Assembly (NCBI GenBank): GCA_963783445.1
Contig: CAWANP010000018.1
Span: forward strand, 17,431 to 81,430
Origin: an uncultured Chloroflexia bacterium
Lineage (GTDB): Bacteria; Chloroflexota; Anaerolineae; JAAYZQ01
Length of the DNA stretch: 64,000 nucleotides
Direction of reading: 5' to 3'
The translations under genes were made by a program, and so were the position numbers. The stretch's first letter is position 1, and each line of letters begins with the position of its first letter. Shown in pieces: positions 31,374-41,503 of this stretch. Under the pieces are notes generated by a model, which had not been told where the DNA came from, searched no databases, and was given only the letters and a program-made list of their open reading frames with translations.

Positions 31374-32684
31374 ATGAAAGTACGAGTTCTCTCTAGATGC
31401 GGTCTTCTTGCATTAGCATTGATCCTGGCTATCGGATCAGGCCCGGTACGAGGCGATCAGCCCGCTGCCCATCTGGCTCCGGCTAGCCCAAGTGCGCCCC
31501 CAGGCGCTACCGCTCCATGGTTCATCGAGCCGGTAGACTCGGCCTTGGGCGTTGGCTCGCATGTATCGATAGCGGTCGATCCAGAGAGCGGCACGACCTA
31601 CATCAGCTACTACGACACCGCCAACAAAGACCTCAAGATGGCGAGATACGTTGGCTCAGGCGGCAATTGCAGCGCTGATAGCAACTGGTCTTGTGAAACG
31701 GTGGACAGTAGCGGTGACGTGGGCAAGTACAGCTCCATCGCAATAGATCCAACGACCCACCTGCCGGCCATCGCCTACTGGAGGACGTCCCCCACTAATC
31801 TCAAGCTGGCCACCGCGTGGAGTGGTGGTTGGGATATCATCACCGTTGACGAGGACTCGGGAAGCTACGCATCGCTCAAGATCGATGCAACAGGCACAGC
31901 ACACATCGCCTATCATGGTTCCTACGGGGGCCTGAAATATGCAAAACACGTCAGTGGAGGTTCGGGCAATTGCGGCGGCAACAATTACCAGTGTGACGTC
32001 ATACATCAGGGCAATGGCGTTGGCTACTATCCTTCCCTGGCCCTGGACGTGACCGGCCACCCCCGGATTGCCTACCATGAAGGGGGCGGCGGCCTGTGGT
32101 ATGCCCAGCCTAGCAATCCTGGCAACTGTGGCCCCGGAAACTACTGGGACTGCAGCTCCATTTATGCCTCCCCGGGTGCAGGCACGTATGCTTCCCTGGA
32201 CGTGGACAATGCCAACACCCCCCACGTCGCCTACTATGACGCGGGTAAGCTAATGTATGCTGTTCTGAAGGGGCCAAACGGCAACTGCGGCTCTCTTAAC
32301 GCGTGGCGGTGTGACGTGATCGACACCATGGGAACCGACCCACACACCAGGGACGTGTCAATGGTCGTGGACAATGCTGGCTTCCCCATCATCGCCTATC
32401 ACCAGTACATACTCGGTGGCCAATTTGCAGCAGTGAATCTCAAGGTGGCGCGACCTGCCGCGGCACTGGGTCTGCAGAGTGCAAATTGCGGCCCGGGGAA
32501 CCTTTGGCGGTGTGAGAGACTTCGAACCTTTGGGCACGCGGGCGATTATTCAGCCATCGAGGTCCACCCTTCCGGATTGGCTACCATTGCCTATCTCAAT
32601 ACACAATATCCCCCCGGTTCACTGAGGGTCGCCTACCAACGATTCCACCAGGTCTTCCTGCCCGTTGTTCTCAAGCATCCTTGA
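31374..32684 (+). CDS. Secreted beta-propeller-like protein with repeated GNCG...W.C loops and C-terminal VFLPVVLK motif
   Basis: Signal peptide; about 7 repeats of G.Y.S.A.D...P.IAY; five Cys pairs; AAGGAGG RBS. Confidence 0.75.
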   Translation: MKVRVLSRCGLLALALILAIGSGPVRGDQPAAHLAPASPSAPPGATAPWFIEPVDSALGVGSHVSIAVDPESGTTYISYYDTANKDLKMARYVGSGGNCSADSNWSCETVDSSGDVGKYSSIAIDPTTHLPAIAYWRTSPTNLKLATAWSGGWDIITVDEDSGSYASLKIDATGTAHIAYHGSYGGLKYAKHVSGGSGNCGGNNYQCDVIHQGNGVGYYPSLALDVTGHPRIAYHEGGGGLWYAQPSNPGNCGPGNYWDCSSIYASPGAGTYASLDVDNANTPHVAYYDAGKLMYAVLKGPNGNCGSLNAWRCDVIDTMGTDPHTRDVSMVVDNAGFPIIAYHQYILGGQFAAVNLKVARPAAALGLQSANCGPGNLWRCERLRTFGHAGDYSAIEVHPSGLATIAYLNTQYPPGSLRVAYQRFHQVFLPVVLKHP

Positions 32685-32694
32685 ACGACAGCTT

Positions 32695-32723
32695 TTGACA
32701 CCCTGGCCCAGACGCTCTATACT
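32695..32723 (+). promoter_or_regulatory. Sigma70 promoter of the GcvT-family gene
   Basis: TTGACA (32695-32700)-17 nt-TATACT (32718-32723). Confidence 0.75.
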
Positions 32724-32866
32724 GTGTCGCACGAAATACTGAGAGATATCACGCTTGGGATAGGCGGATACAGGGACAAAAATCCAGGATTGGCGGTCCT
32801 CCGAGGACCGCCAGTCCTAATCAGGTTACTATAGAGGTTGCACAGCACTTCTGTGGAGGAGGAAAC

Positions 32867-35358
32867 ATGGCTAAAGAGCACTCATCAGGGACAGAGTCCT
32901 TTCCCACCCAGGCCCAGGTGGTGATCATTGGCGGCGGCGTCATCGGCTGCAGCGTCGCCTACCATCTGACCAAGCTGGGCTGGCGCGACGTCGTGCTGCT
33001 GGAGCGGACGCAATTGACGGCGGGAACCACCTGGCACGCGGCGGGGCTCATCGTCAGCGGGTTCTCGACCGAGACCGACACCTACATGGCCAAATACACC
33101 CGCGACCTCTACGAAAGGCTGGGCGAGGAGACCGGACAGGACACGGGCTTCAAGGCCGTGGGCTATATGCAGATCGCCAGCAACCCGGAGCGGTTGCACA
33201 GCCTGCGCCGCAGGGCCGACTACTGTCGCGGGCATGGCATCTCTACAGAAGAGATCTCTGCCGCAGAGATCAAAAAGATGTGGCCCCTGTTCCATACCGA
33301 CGACATTCTCGCCGGGTTCTACACGGCCGAGGATGGCCGCATGAATCCCGGTTGACACCACGATGGCGCTGGCCAAAGGGGCCAGGATGGGCGGCGCGCG
33401 CATCCTGGAAGAGACCGCGGTCACGGGCATCAAGCAAGAGAGGGGACGCGTGACCGGCGTGGTCACCGACAGGGGCGAGATCGAGGCGGAATACGTGGTC
33501 AACTGCGGCGGCATGTGGGCGCGAGAGCTGGGCAAGCATGGCCGGCGTCAACGTGCCCCTGCACGCCGCAGAGCACTACTATCTGATCACCGAGCCGATG
33601 GAGGGCATGCGGCGGGACATGCCCATCGTCGAGGACCCGGACCTTTTTGCCTATTATCGCGACGAAATGGGCGGGCTGATGCTGGGCCTTTTTGAGCCGG
33701 TGGCCAAGCCCTGGGGCATGGCCAAGCCTGGGGGCCTGGGGGGCATCCCTGAGAGCTTTAGCTTTGGCGAGATTCCGCCCGACTGGGAGCGCATGATGCC
33801 CCATCTCGAACTGGCCATGGAGCGCATCCCGGCCTCAAAGGACGCCGGCGTTCACAAGTTCTTTTGCGGCCCCGAGAGCTTTACGCCCGATATGGGCCCC
33901 CTGATGGGCGAAGCGCCCGAGCTAAAGAACTATTACGTCGCAGCGGGTTTCAACTCGCTGGGCATTCTCTTTGGCGGCGGGGCCGGGCAGGTCATGGCCC
34001 AATGGATCGTCGACGGTCTGCCGCCGGTTGACGTCAGCGACATCAACATCGCCCGCATGATGCCCTTTCAGAACAACCCCCGGTATCTGCACGACCGCAC
34101 GGTGGAATTGCTCGGCTGGCAGTACATAAGCTGGCCCAACCTGCAGCCCGAGACGGCGCGGGACGCCCGCAGGTCGGCGATGCACGACCGCCTGGCCGCC
34201 GCCGGGGCCTATTTCGGTTCCTCGGTGGGCTGGGAGTACCCCGATTGGTTCGCGCCCCAGGGGGTTGAGCCCAAGGTCGAGTACTCGTGGGGCCGGCAGA
34301 ACTGGTTCGAATACGCCGCGGCGGAGCACAGGGCAGCGCGGGAAGACGTGATCCTGATGGATCTGACCCACATGTCCAAGATCCTCGTCCAGGGCCGCGA
34401 CGCGGAAAAGGTCCTCAACCGCATCTGCGCCAACAATGTGGCCGTGCCGGTGGGCCGCATCGTCTACACCCAGTGGTTGAACGAGCGCGGCACCATCGAG
34501 GCCGACCTGACGGTGACTCGCCTGGCGGAGGACTGCTATCTGCTGGTCGCTGGTGGACGCGGCCCAGCCGCCACGTCGAAAGCCTGGCTGGAGCTGCACA
34601 TCCCACCCGAGGCGCACGTCTTTGTCACCGACGTGACCTCAGGCTACAATATCATCAGCGTCCAGGGGCCGAAATCTCGCCAGCTCATCAGCGGCCTGAC
34701 CAGCGCGGATATGTCGAACGAGGCCTTCCCCTACCTTACCATGCAAGAGATCGACCTGGGCTATGCGCTGGTCAAGGCGCTGCGCGTCACCTACGTGGGC
34801 GAATTGGGCTGGGAGCTGTACGTGCCCACCGAGTTTACGTTGCACGTCTTTGACAGGCTGGTGGAAGCGGGCGCAGACCTGGGACTGAGACACGCTGGCT
34901 TTCAGGCGCTGAACACGCTGCGGCTGGAAAAAGCCTACCGTGACTATGGCTACGATATCGACAATACGGACACGCCGCTGGAGGCGGGCCTGGGCTTTGC
35001 CGTGGATTTTGACAAGCCCGGCGGCTTTATCGGCAAAGAAGCGCTCTTGCGGACAAAAGAAGACGGGATTCACAAGCACCGCCTCGTGCAGTTCTTGCTG
35101 GAGGACCCGGAGCCATTGCTGTACGGCAGCGAGCCAATCTACCGGGATGGGGAACTGGTTGGTTACCTCGCCAGCGGAGGGTACGGGCATACGCTGGGCG
35201 GGGCGGTGGGCCTGGGCCATATCGAGAACGAACAAGGTGTGACGGCCGATTTCGTCAAGAGCGGCAGCTACGAGATCGAGGTGGCTGGCGTGCGCTATCC
35301 GGCCAGGGCGTCGCTGCGGCCGATGTACGATCCCCAGGGCGAGCGGGTGCGTTCCTGA
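32867..35358 (+). CDS. GcvT-family FAD-dependent dehydrogenase (dimethylglycine/sarcosine dehydrogenase-like), frameshifts ~33352 and ~33535
   Basis: IIGGGVIG.S.AYHL, GTTWHAAG, GPESFTPD, GFNSLG, GWEYPDWF, RVTYVGELGWEL, LRLEKAY, C-terminal YDPQGERVRS. Confidence 0.92.
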
Positions 35359-35528
35359 GTTGACTAGTGAGTGATCTTTCACAGACCAGACCTTGGCTTT
35401 TCACTGCTCGAGCCAGGTCCGTGGCCTGGCGGTTTCTTCTCGTTTCAGTAACTTAGCATCGGCCACGGACCCGATGCATGCGACCAAAATGTGAGTGTCA
35501 GCCGAGCACGACAATGGGGGAACACCAT

Positions 35529-35723
35529 ATAACCTCCGCCTACAGCGTACTGAATGTCCAGGGGCCAAGGTCTCGTAAACTGTCGAGTCGCGTAACCAAT
35601 GCTAATCTGTCCAACGGAGCCTTTCCATTCTTGACCCTGTAAGAAACAGACATAGGCTACGCCCCGGTCCTCGCCCTGCGCGTGACCTAGGTTGGTGAAT
35701 TGGGCTGGGAACTCCATATCCCG
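35529..35723 (+). pseudogene. Remnant of a second GcvT-family gene
   Basis: Reads ITSAYSVLNVQGPRSRKL..VTNANLSNGAFPFLTL*ETDIGYAPVLALRVT*VGELGWELHIP, collinear with the upstream gene; nonsense codons at 35640-35642 and 35688-35690. Confidence 0.85.
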
Positions 35724-35834
35724 CAGCCAGCTCAGCGCGAATTAAGCCATACTCAGTAGACTGCAGGCCCCCTATTCTCGGGTCTCGCTATTCATTTCCA
35801 GATCTTGTCTCGAGGATGATGACGCTGCGGACCC

Positions 35835-35922
35835 AAGCCCCATTCATGGGGCTTTTTGGCATTAGGCATCCGAAGCCGGGCTGGGCTGAATCCGCAGCGC
35901 TACGAAGCGACGCCCCATGAAT
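35835..35922. repeat. REP-like palindromic element
   Basis: AAGCCCCAT-TC-ATGGGGCTT hairpin (35835-35854) plus an inverted partial copy GCCCCATGAAT (35912-35922). Confidence 0.45.
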
Positions 35923-35969
35923 AAGCAATCCACAGGTATCTAGAAAAGCACCGACATAGGCCCTCGATC

Positions 35970-35998
35970 TTGACACGAATGTATTTATGTGATATACT
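35970..35998 (+). promoter_or_regulatory. Strong sigma70 promoter of the 31-aa-repeat gene
   Basis: TTGACA-17 nt-TATACT with TG extension. Confidence 0.8.
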
Positions 35999-36054
35999 TA
36001 TCATTGATAATATAGATAATAGGCCGATACAGCCCGGCCAGAGAGGAAGAAATC

Positions 36055-37422
36055 ATGCGCGACGAACGTTTGGCAGGCAACTTTTACATTCAGGACGACA
36101 GCAGTGGCCAGGCCATTAACACCATCGAACTGATAGGCTGGACGGGATCGGTGCAGCTTGGGGCAAAGGGACACCCCGGCTTGCTTACTATTCTTGATGA
36201 TACTGGCAGATCGGTTGTCCTGGCTAGTGCAGAGCACAATCGCCTGGAGCTTGGGGCTCCAGGTGGCGGAAACCGCGGTCACCTGAGGATCCTTGATGCC
36301 AACGGCCGGGTGGCCTTTGACCTCAACGGGGACCACAGCGTACTTTCTATCGGGGCGGATGGCAACGAAGGCGACATTGAGGTCAGCGATGGTACTGGGC
36401 GGCGGGTCTTTCGCTTCAATGGCGACAGCGCGTCGCTCACCCTGGGGACAACCGGCAATGACGGCACATTTGCCATAGAGGACGGCGCCGGTCACCAGGT
36501 CCTGCACTTCCAGGGCCAGAACGCGGTCCTCACCATCGGGGCGGAGGGGAACGAGGGCGATATCGAGGTCCGGGACGCCGCCGGCCGGCAGGTCCTGCGT
36601 TTCAACGGTGAAGGCGCCGAACTCACCATCGGGACGGAGGGCAACGAGGGCGACATACGGGTTGAGGACGGTGCCGGCCGCCAGGTCCTGAGCTTCAACG
36701 GCAGACGTGCAACGCTACAAGTTGGGACAGAGGGCAAGGAGGGCGACGTCGAGGTAAGCGATGTCGATGGCCGCCGGGTCCTCCATATGGACGGTGAGGC
36801 GGCCTGCTTGACCGTCGGCGCGGATGGCCATGGCGGGCGGATCTCGGTTGACGACATCGACGGCAAATCCGTCTTTCACATGAACAGCCTGGAGGGCCTG
36901 CTGACCCTCGGCGCAAATGGCAAGGCGGCCGGCCTCCGGATCCAGGATGCCAACGGCAGTGAGAGCATCCACCTGGACGGAGCCAGCGGGCAGCTTACCA
37001 CCACCGGCGCCAATGCCGCCGGGTATTTTGCTACGCGCCGCTACCAGTACCTGCAGCCCGGCACGGTTTTGGTCATAGACGAAGACGAAGAGGGGCAGCT
37101 CTGCGAGAGTTCCGAGGCCTACGACCGCAAGGTGGCTGGCGTTGTCTCGGGCCCGGGCACCTATACCCCGGGCCTCATCCTGGGTGGCGGTCCCTCGACC
37201 CAGGACGAACTGCCGATAGCCCTGAGCGGGCGGGTCCTCTGCAAGGTCGATGCCCAATACGGCGCCATCAAGCCTGGCGATCTGCTGGCTACCTCGCCCA
37301 CCTCTGGCCATGCCATGAAGGCCACCGACCCCAGAAAGGCCGCTGGCACCATCCTGGGCAAGGCCCTGGCCAGCGTCACCCAGGGTACCGACATGATTCC
37401 GGTCCTGGTCGCCCTGCAATGA
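36055..37422 (+). CDS. 31-aa tandem-repeat beta protein with C-terminal fibre/tailspike intramolecular-chaperone-like domain
   Basis: About 9 repeats of T(I/L)G.EGNEGDI.V.D..GRQVL.FNG..A.L at a 93-nt period; C-terminal PGTVLVID...YDRKVAGVVSG...IALSGRV.CKVDA.YG.IKPGDLL.TS...GHAM...GTILGKAL...VLVALQ. Confidence 0.8.
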   Translation: MRDERLAGNFYIQDDSSGQAINTIELIGWTGSVQLGAKGHPGLLTILDDTGRSVVLASAEHNRLELGAPGGGNRGHLRILDANGRVAFDLNGDHSVLSIGADGNEGDIEVSDGTGRRVFRFNGDSASLTLGTTGNDGTFAIEDGAGHQVLHFQGQNAVLTIGAEGNEGDIEVRDAAGRQVLRFNGEGAELTIGTEGNEGDIRVEDGAGRQVLSFNGRRATLQVGTEGKEGDVEVSDVDGRRVLHMDGEAACLTVGADGHGGRISVDDIDGKSVFHMNSLEGLLTLGANGKAAGLRIQDANGSESIHLDGASGQLTTTGANAAGYFATRRYQYLQPGTVLVIDEDEEGQLCESSEAYDRKVAGVVSGPGTYTPGLILGGGPSTQDELPIALSGRVLCKVDAQYGAIKPGDLLATSPTSGHAMKATDPRKAAGTILGKALASVTQGTDMIPVLVALQ

Positions 37423-37451
37423 GCCACCTGTGACCGTTCCCGCTCTTCTTT

Positions 37452-37488
37452 CGACAAAAACCCCACCTCTCCGGTGGGGTTTTTGTCG
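37452..37488. terminator. Bidirectional intrinsic terminator between convergent genes
   Basis: CGACAAAAACCCCACC-TCTCC-GGTGGGGTTTTTGTCG, a perfect 16-bp stem. Confidence 0.9.
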
Positions 37489-37507
37489 TGATGCCAATAT
37501 CCCCAGC

Positions 37508-38627
37508 TCATAATTGCTGCAAGCCAGCCTCGCCCAATCGACGGAGTAGTGCCGGCCACCGGCTGTACTGCTCGTAGACGCCATTCAATCGCTGCTGAAA
37601 GACCGCTTCCTCGCCCTGATACGCGGCCAGGTCGCGCAGCTTGCCCAACAGCAGGACCGCCTCAGCATACGGCTGGGCTTGCTTTTGCTCGATCAGGGCA
37701 AAGACCTCGGCCCACGCCTCGCTTTCCCGCTTAGCCAGCGCTTTCAGTTCCCGAATGTGTTGGGCCTCAGCCTCTTCGGCCTGTCGTCGCAGTTCGCGTT
37801 CGCGATGTTCCTCGGTTTCCCGCCCAAGCTGGCCAACCGTGCGCCGGGGTGACGCATCCGGCTCTGGGAGGGGGGCGACCTGGTGCAGGTGCCGGTGCAG
37901 CTTGGCCGAGAGGCAGGCTTCTCCCTGGGCCAGACGCAGCAAAAAGGTGTCGCGTTCCTCTCCCGCAAGTTGGGAGATTGCCCGACGCAGCCAATCCTGG
38001 GATTCCGCTTGCCGCTCGCCACTCGCCTCGGCGGCAACCCGGACCAGCATCTCGTCGATCTCGAAAAAGCCGATAAAGGCCCGCAGCCCTGGTGACAGTT
38101 CTTTCATTCCCGGCGGCACGGGCGGTTCTTGGACCGAATTGTGAAGGTCTTCAACTTCCATCACCCTGAGCCAGGCCCAGGTACAGCATCCGGTAGTCTC
38201 CTTGCAGGATGTCATCCCGCAGGGAGAGCATGGTCGGCAGCCAGCCTTCACCCTCGACCCAATCGTAACTATCCTCGGGATGAAATTCGACGTTCAGGAT
38301 AGCATGCTCGTCCACGGTCGACAGCGAAATATAGTCCTGGACAATGAGCGGCTGGCAATAGGCACCCGCTTGTTCCAGGTCGAGGGCTGACGCAGGAAAC
38401 CGGAACATGAGCCGGCGGCTGCCCCAGTTGGCCATATAGAGCATGGCATCATAGTATTTGGCCAGAATCTCCCGCGAGTCGCCAGGAAAGCCACTCCAGT
38501 GATAGACAAAGACGGCCTGCCGGGGATGGGCATCCACACGGCTTGAGAGCTGGGCAACCGCCTTCTGCTCCTCCTCGGTCAGTAACCGGTCAATGGCCTG
38601 GAATTCATAGTATTGATACTCGCTCAT
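37508..38627 (-). CDS. Conserved hypothetical protein (MSEYQYYEF family), frameshift ~38165
   Basis: MSEYQYYEFQAIDR.LT...LSSR...YYDAMLYMANWGSRRLMFRFP, GWL..ML.LRDDILQGDYR.LYL; helical C-terminus in ORF 37508..38251. Confidence 0.75.
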
Positions 38628-39156
38628 TGCTGGTTTCCCCCATGATGCTCTCCCACACTGTGTTGCTTTGGCATAGCCGTTGTGCAATACGAATCGAAGA
38701 CGCAACTTCCGCCGTTCTCGGCAAGACTCACCTTGATTCATGGGTCCATAGTACCCCAGGCGTCTCTCAAGAGCAAATGATAGTTCCTCAGGATGACGTC
38801 CATTGTACGTGTCACTTTCACCTGGGATGTGCCCCTTGGTCGAGGCTGCGCAATCGACGTTTGGGCGGTTTTTGGCAACGGTGGATTCACACGCATTGCA
38901 GGTGCGATGGTTTGATTCCCCATTTTGAGGAGTGGAGCATCCCTGATGCGGAACGGTTTTCTCATGGGAGAAGTCAGTGCCCCCCGATAAGTATCCTGCA
39001 CTCATCCCGGCTACTTTCTTCATCACGCAAAGACGCAGCCGAAATTGAGTCGGGTATAAGGTAGAACAGGAGGTTAACGGAACGCTCTGCGGCTCTGTGT
39101 GTGATAAGCGCAATCAAGAGGGGCAGGAACATCGGGACACCGCACCAATGAAAACG

Positions 39157-39206
39157 AAAAAGTCCCGCAGAGACACCTGGTCAGCCCAGGCATCGTCCTG
39201 CGGGAC
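39157..39206 (-). terminator. Probable terminator after the DUF1059 gene
   Basis: GTCCCGCAG...CCTGG/CCAGG...CTGCGGGAC stem; the A-run on + gives a U-tail on the - strand. Confidence 0.5.
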
Positions 39207-39224
39207 CTGCTTTGCGCTGCGCGA

Positions 39225-39401
39225 CTATTCGTCGTGAATGGCGGCGCGAACCGCCTCTACCACCTCGTCGTTGATCTCCGTCAGGCCGTGCACCTCCTGG
39301 GCATGCGCCGCCGCCTGGGCCAGCGCTTCTTCCTCGGTCTCGGCCCGGATCACGCCCTCACAATCAAAGCCTACGTCTCGACAGTGAACTACCTTGGTCA
39401 T
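39225..39401 (-). CDS. DUF1059-domain small metal-binding protein (58 aa, below the ORF-track cutoff)
   Basis: MTKVVHCRDVGFDCEGVIRAETEEEALAQAAAHAQEVHG...; AGGAGG RBS. Confidence 0.9.
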   Translation of the reverse strand: MTKVVHCRDVGFDCEGVIRAETEEEALAQAAAHAQEVHGLTEINDEVVEAVRAAIHDE

Positions 39402-39500
39402 GTTCTACCTCCTCTTGGCATAGGATTCCTGGCTGGCCAGGGTCCCGTTGCCCGCGGTCCCCTTGGGCGCGGGCAAGAGACCCTGGACCAGGGGGGATGA

Positions 39501-40921
39501 CTACTTGACTACGTTCGTGACCTCGATGGGCGCCGAACGGGACAGCGTCGTGTAGATCGGGCAGCGAACCTTGAACTCTTCGGCAAGCTTTGCTGCCTGC
39601 TCTTCCGTCGCCCCGGCCAGCGTCATTTCGACACCCAGCGTCTGGATGCGCGGGTTCACCGAGCCGTCCTTCACCCCTCGCGCATCAAAGCTGCCCTCGA
39701 CCTTGGCCGAGATTTCGGTCAGCGGAATGTCCATCTCTTGCGCCGCCGTCTCATAGATAAAGGTTCCGCACGTGGCCAGGGCGCCCAGCGCCAGATCCAG
39801 CGGGTTCCGCTCTTCGTTGGGACCGCCCAAGGGTGGTACCGAATCGACGACAAAGTGGTTCCCCCGCGCAGACACGATGGCGCGCCCAGGCTGGTTCGAG
39901 ATCTGAGCGACAGCTGAAGCCGTCGCCAGTCCTTCGGCTACCGAGGCTTTCTGTTTCTCTCCCGTCGTGATTTCGATAGGCATGGAGCGGATCAGCGTCG
40001 TGTACATCGGGCAGCGGGCCTTGAACTCCTCGGCCAGCTTCGCTGCCTGCTCCTCGCTGGCGCCCTCCAGGTCCATGTGGACACGCATGGCCTGGATGCG
40101 TGGATTCACCGAACCATCCTTCACGACCCTGCTGGGTTAAAGTCGCCTTCCACCGTGGCCGTGATATCGCCTACGTCAAAGCCCTTCTCTTGCGCCGCCG
40201 TCTCGTAGACGAACGCAGCGCACGTGCCCTGGGCGCCCAGCAGCAAGTCCAGCGGATTGATCTCTTCATTGGGCCCACCCAGCGGCGGTACCGAATCGAC
40301 GACAAAGTGGTTGCCCCGAGCCGTCACGATGGCTCTTCCGGGCTGGTTAGACAGTGCGGATACGGCCGAGGCCACGGCCAGCTTGGCCGCCGCCGGCGCG
40401 GCTTCTTCAGCCGTAGCTTCCGTGGCCGCGGCGGCCTCTTCGCCATCGGCTGCCTCAGCCGCGGCCGCCTCTTTCTCCTCGCCAGCCGCATCGGCAGAGA
40501 TGGACGCGCCGCTGACCTCAAGCGAGTAGGAGGCTGCGTCCTGCCCATTCCCCGTATACTCGACGATGAGGTGATGATCCCCCGCCCCGCCAAAGCTGCC
40601 GGTCCAGGACAGGTCCGCATCATCGAACTCGTTCTCGGTGCCGCGGCCCGTCACCTCAAGCTCCTCACCGGCTGCGTAGGCGCGGCCGGCATCCTCCGTG
40701 ACGATCATGAACCCTGCGCCGCCGTCAGGGTCTACGTTCATAAAGACCGTCACCTCTCCATTCCCCGCGACTGCCAGCGTGTACCAGTGCTGTTCGCCAG
40801 GACCCAACTTGGTCATTTCGTCCCCCCCATGACTGTCCGCCCCCACCAACAGCGTGGCTGGCAGCAGCATCAAGGCGACCATAGCCAGAATTCCAAAAAC
40901 CTTAACCGATTTTACAGACAT
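39501..40921 (-). CDS. Secreted protein with an N-terminal beta domain and two tandem OsmC/Ohr domains, frameshift ~40125
   Basis: Signal peptide; Ala/Glu linker; two copies of GNHFVVDSVPPLGGPNEE.NPLDL.LGA..TC...RCP.YTTL. Confidence 0.85.
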
Positions 40922-41503
40922 TGTCTTGCCTCCCTTTGAGCTTTGTGTGTTTTGGATTATTCATTGGTATTATCTTTGCAACGTACTTGACATTATACAC
41001 GGCCAACTTAATGGTAACTTAATAAACGCGAAAAGAAATATGTTTATAGCTGGTACCGCCCCGAGTATAGCACAGGCCAGCCCGGCGCACATCAGGAGAT
41101 ATCCTCATTTGTGGTGGTCATTTCTACTCAATTGCAGAGTGCCTGAGGTGAGTAGAATTACCTATGTTGGTCCTGGCTGGAGATGGTCTCTCCCGATTGG
41201 TATTTGCTGCCAGTATAACAAGCAGGCGCAAGGAGAACGTCAAAGAAACGCAAAATCCCTGGATCTGTTCAAACCAGGTGTCTGCCAAATGAGGGGAAGA
41301 TCAATCTCTCGCAAAGTGGTTGCCGTGGAACAATACTGCAGCGAGTTTGGAAGCAAACGAATGGGCAGGCGGAAGAGAATTCGTTCATTTTCTCCATTCG
41401 TTGTAGTGCCAAGGGGGAGCAGCACAGGCCTTCCGAAATCTCTCGGATGGGTGAAGAGGTGACTTCTATTATCGCGGGTGTGCCTTGAGCATTGGCTCTC
41501 GCC

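Noticed and set aside
32730-32866. Glycine riboswitch upstream of the GcvT-family gene
   Set aside because: Expected conserved elements (GGAGA, CCGAAG, CTCTCAGG) not found
38628-39113. Upstream extension of the MSEYQYYEF protein / ORFs in the lower-GC gap
   Set aside because: No recognisable motifs in any frame; treated as intergenic or unidentifiable decay
41120-41159. ATTTCTACT...GTAGA hairpin reminiscent of a Cas12a repeat
   Set aside because: Single occurrence, 18-nt spacer, no array or cas gene; at most a 9-bp inverted-repeat operator
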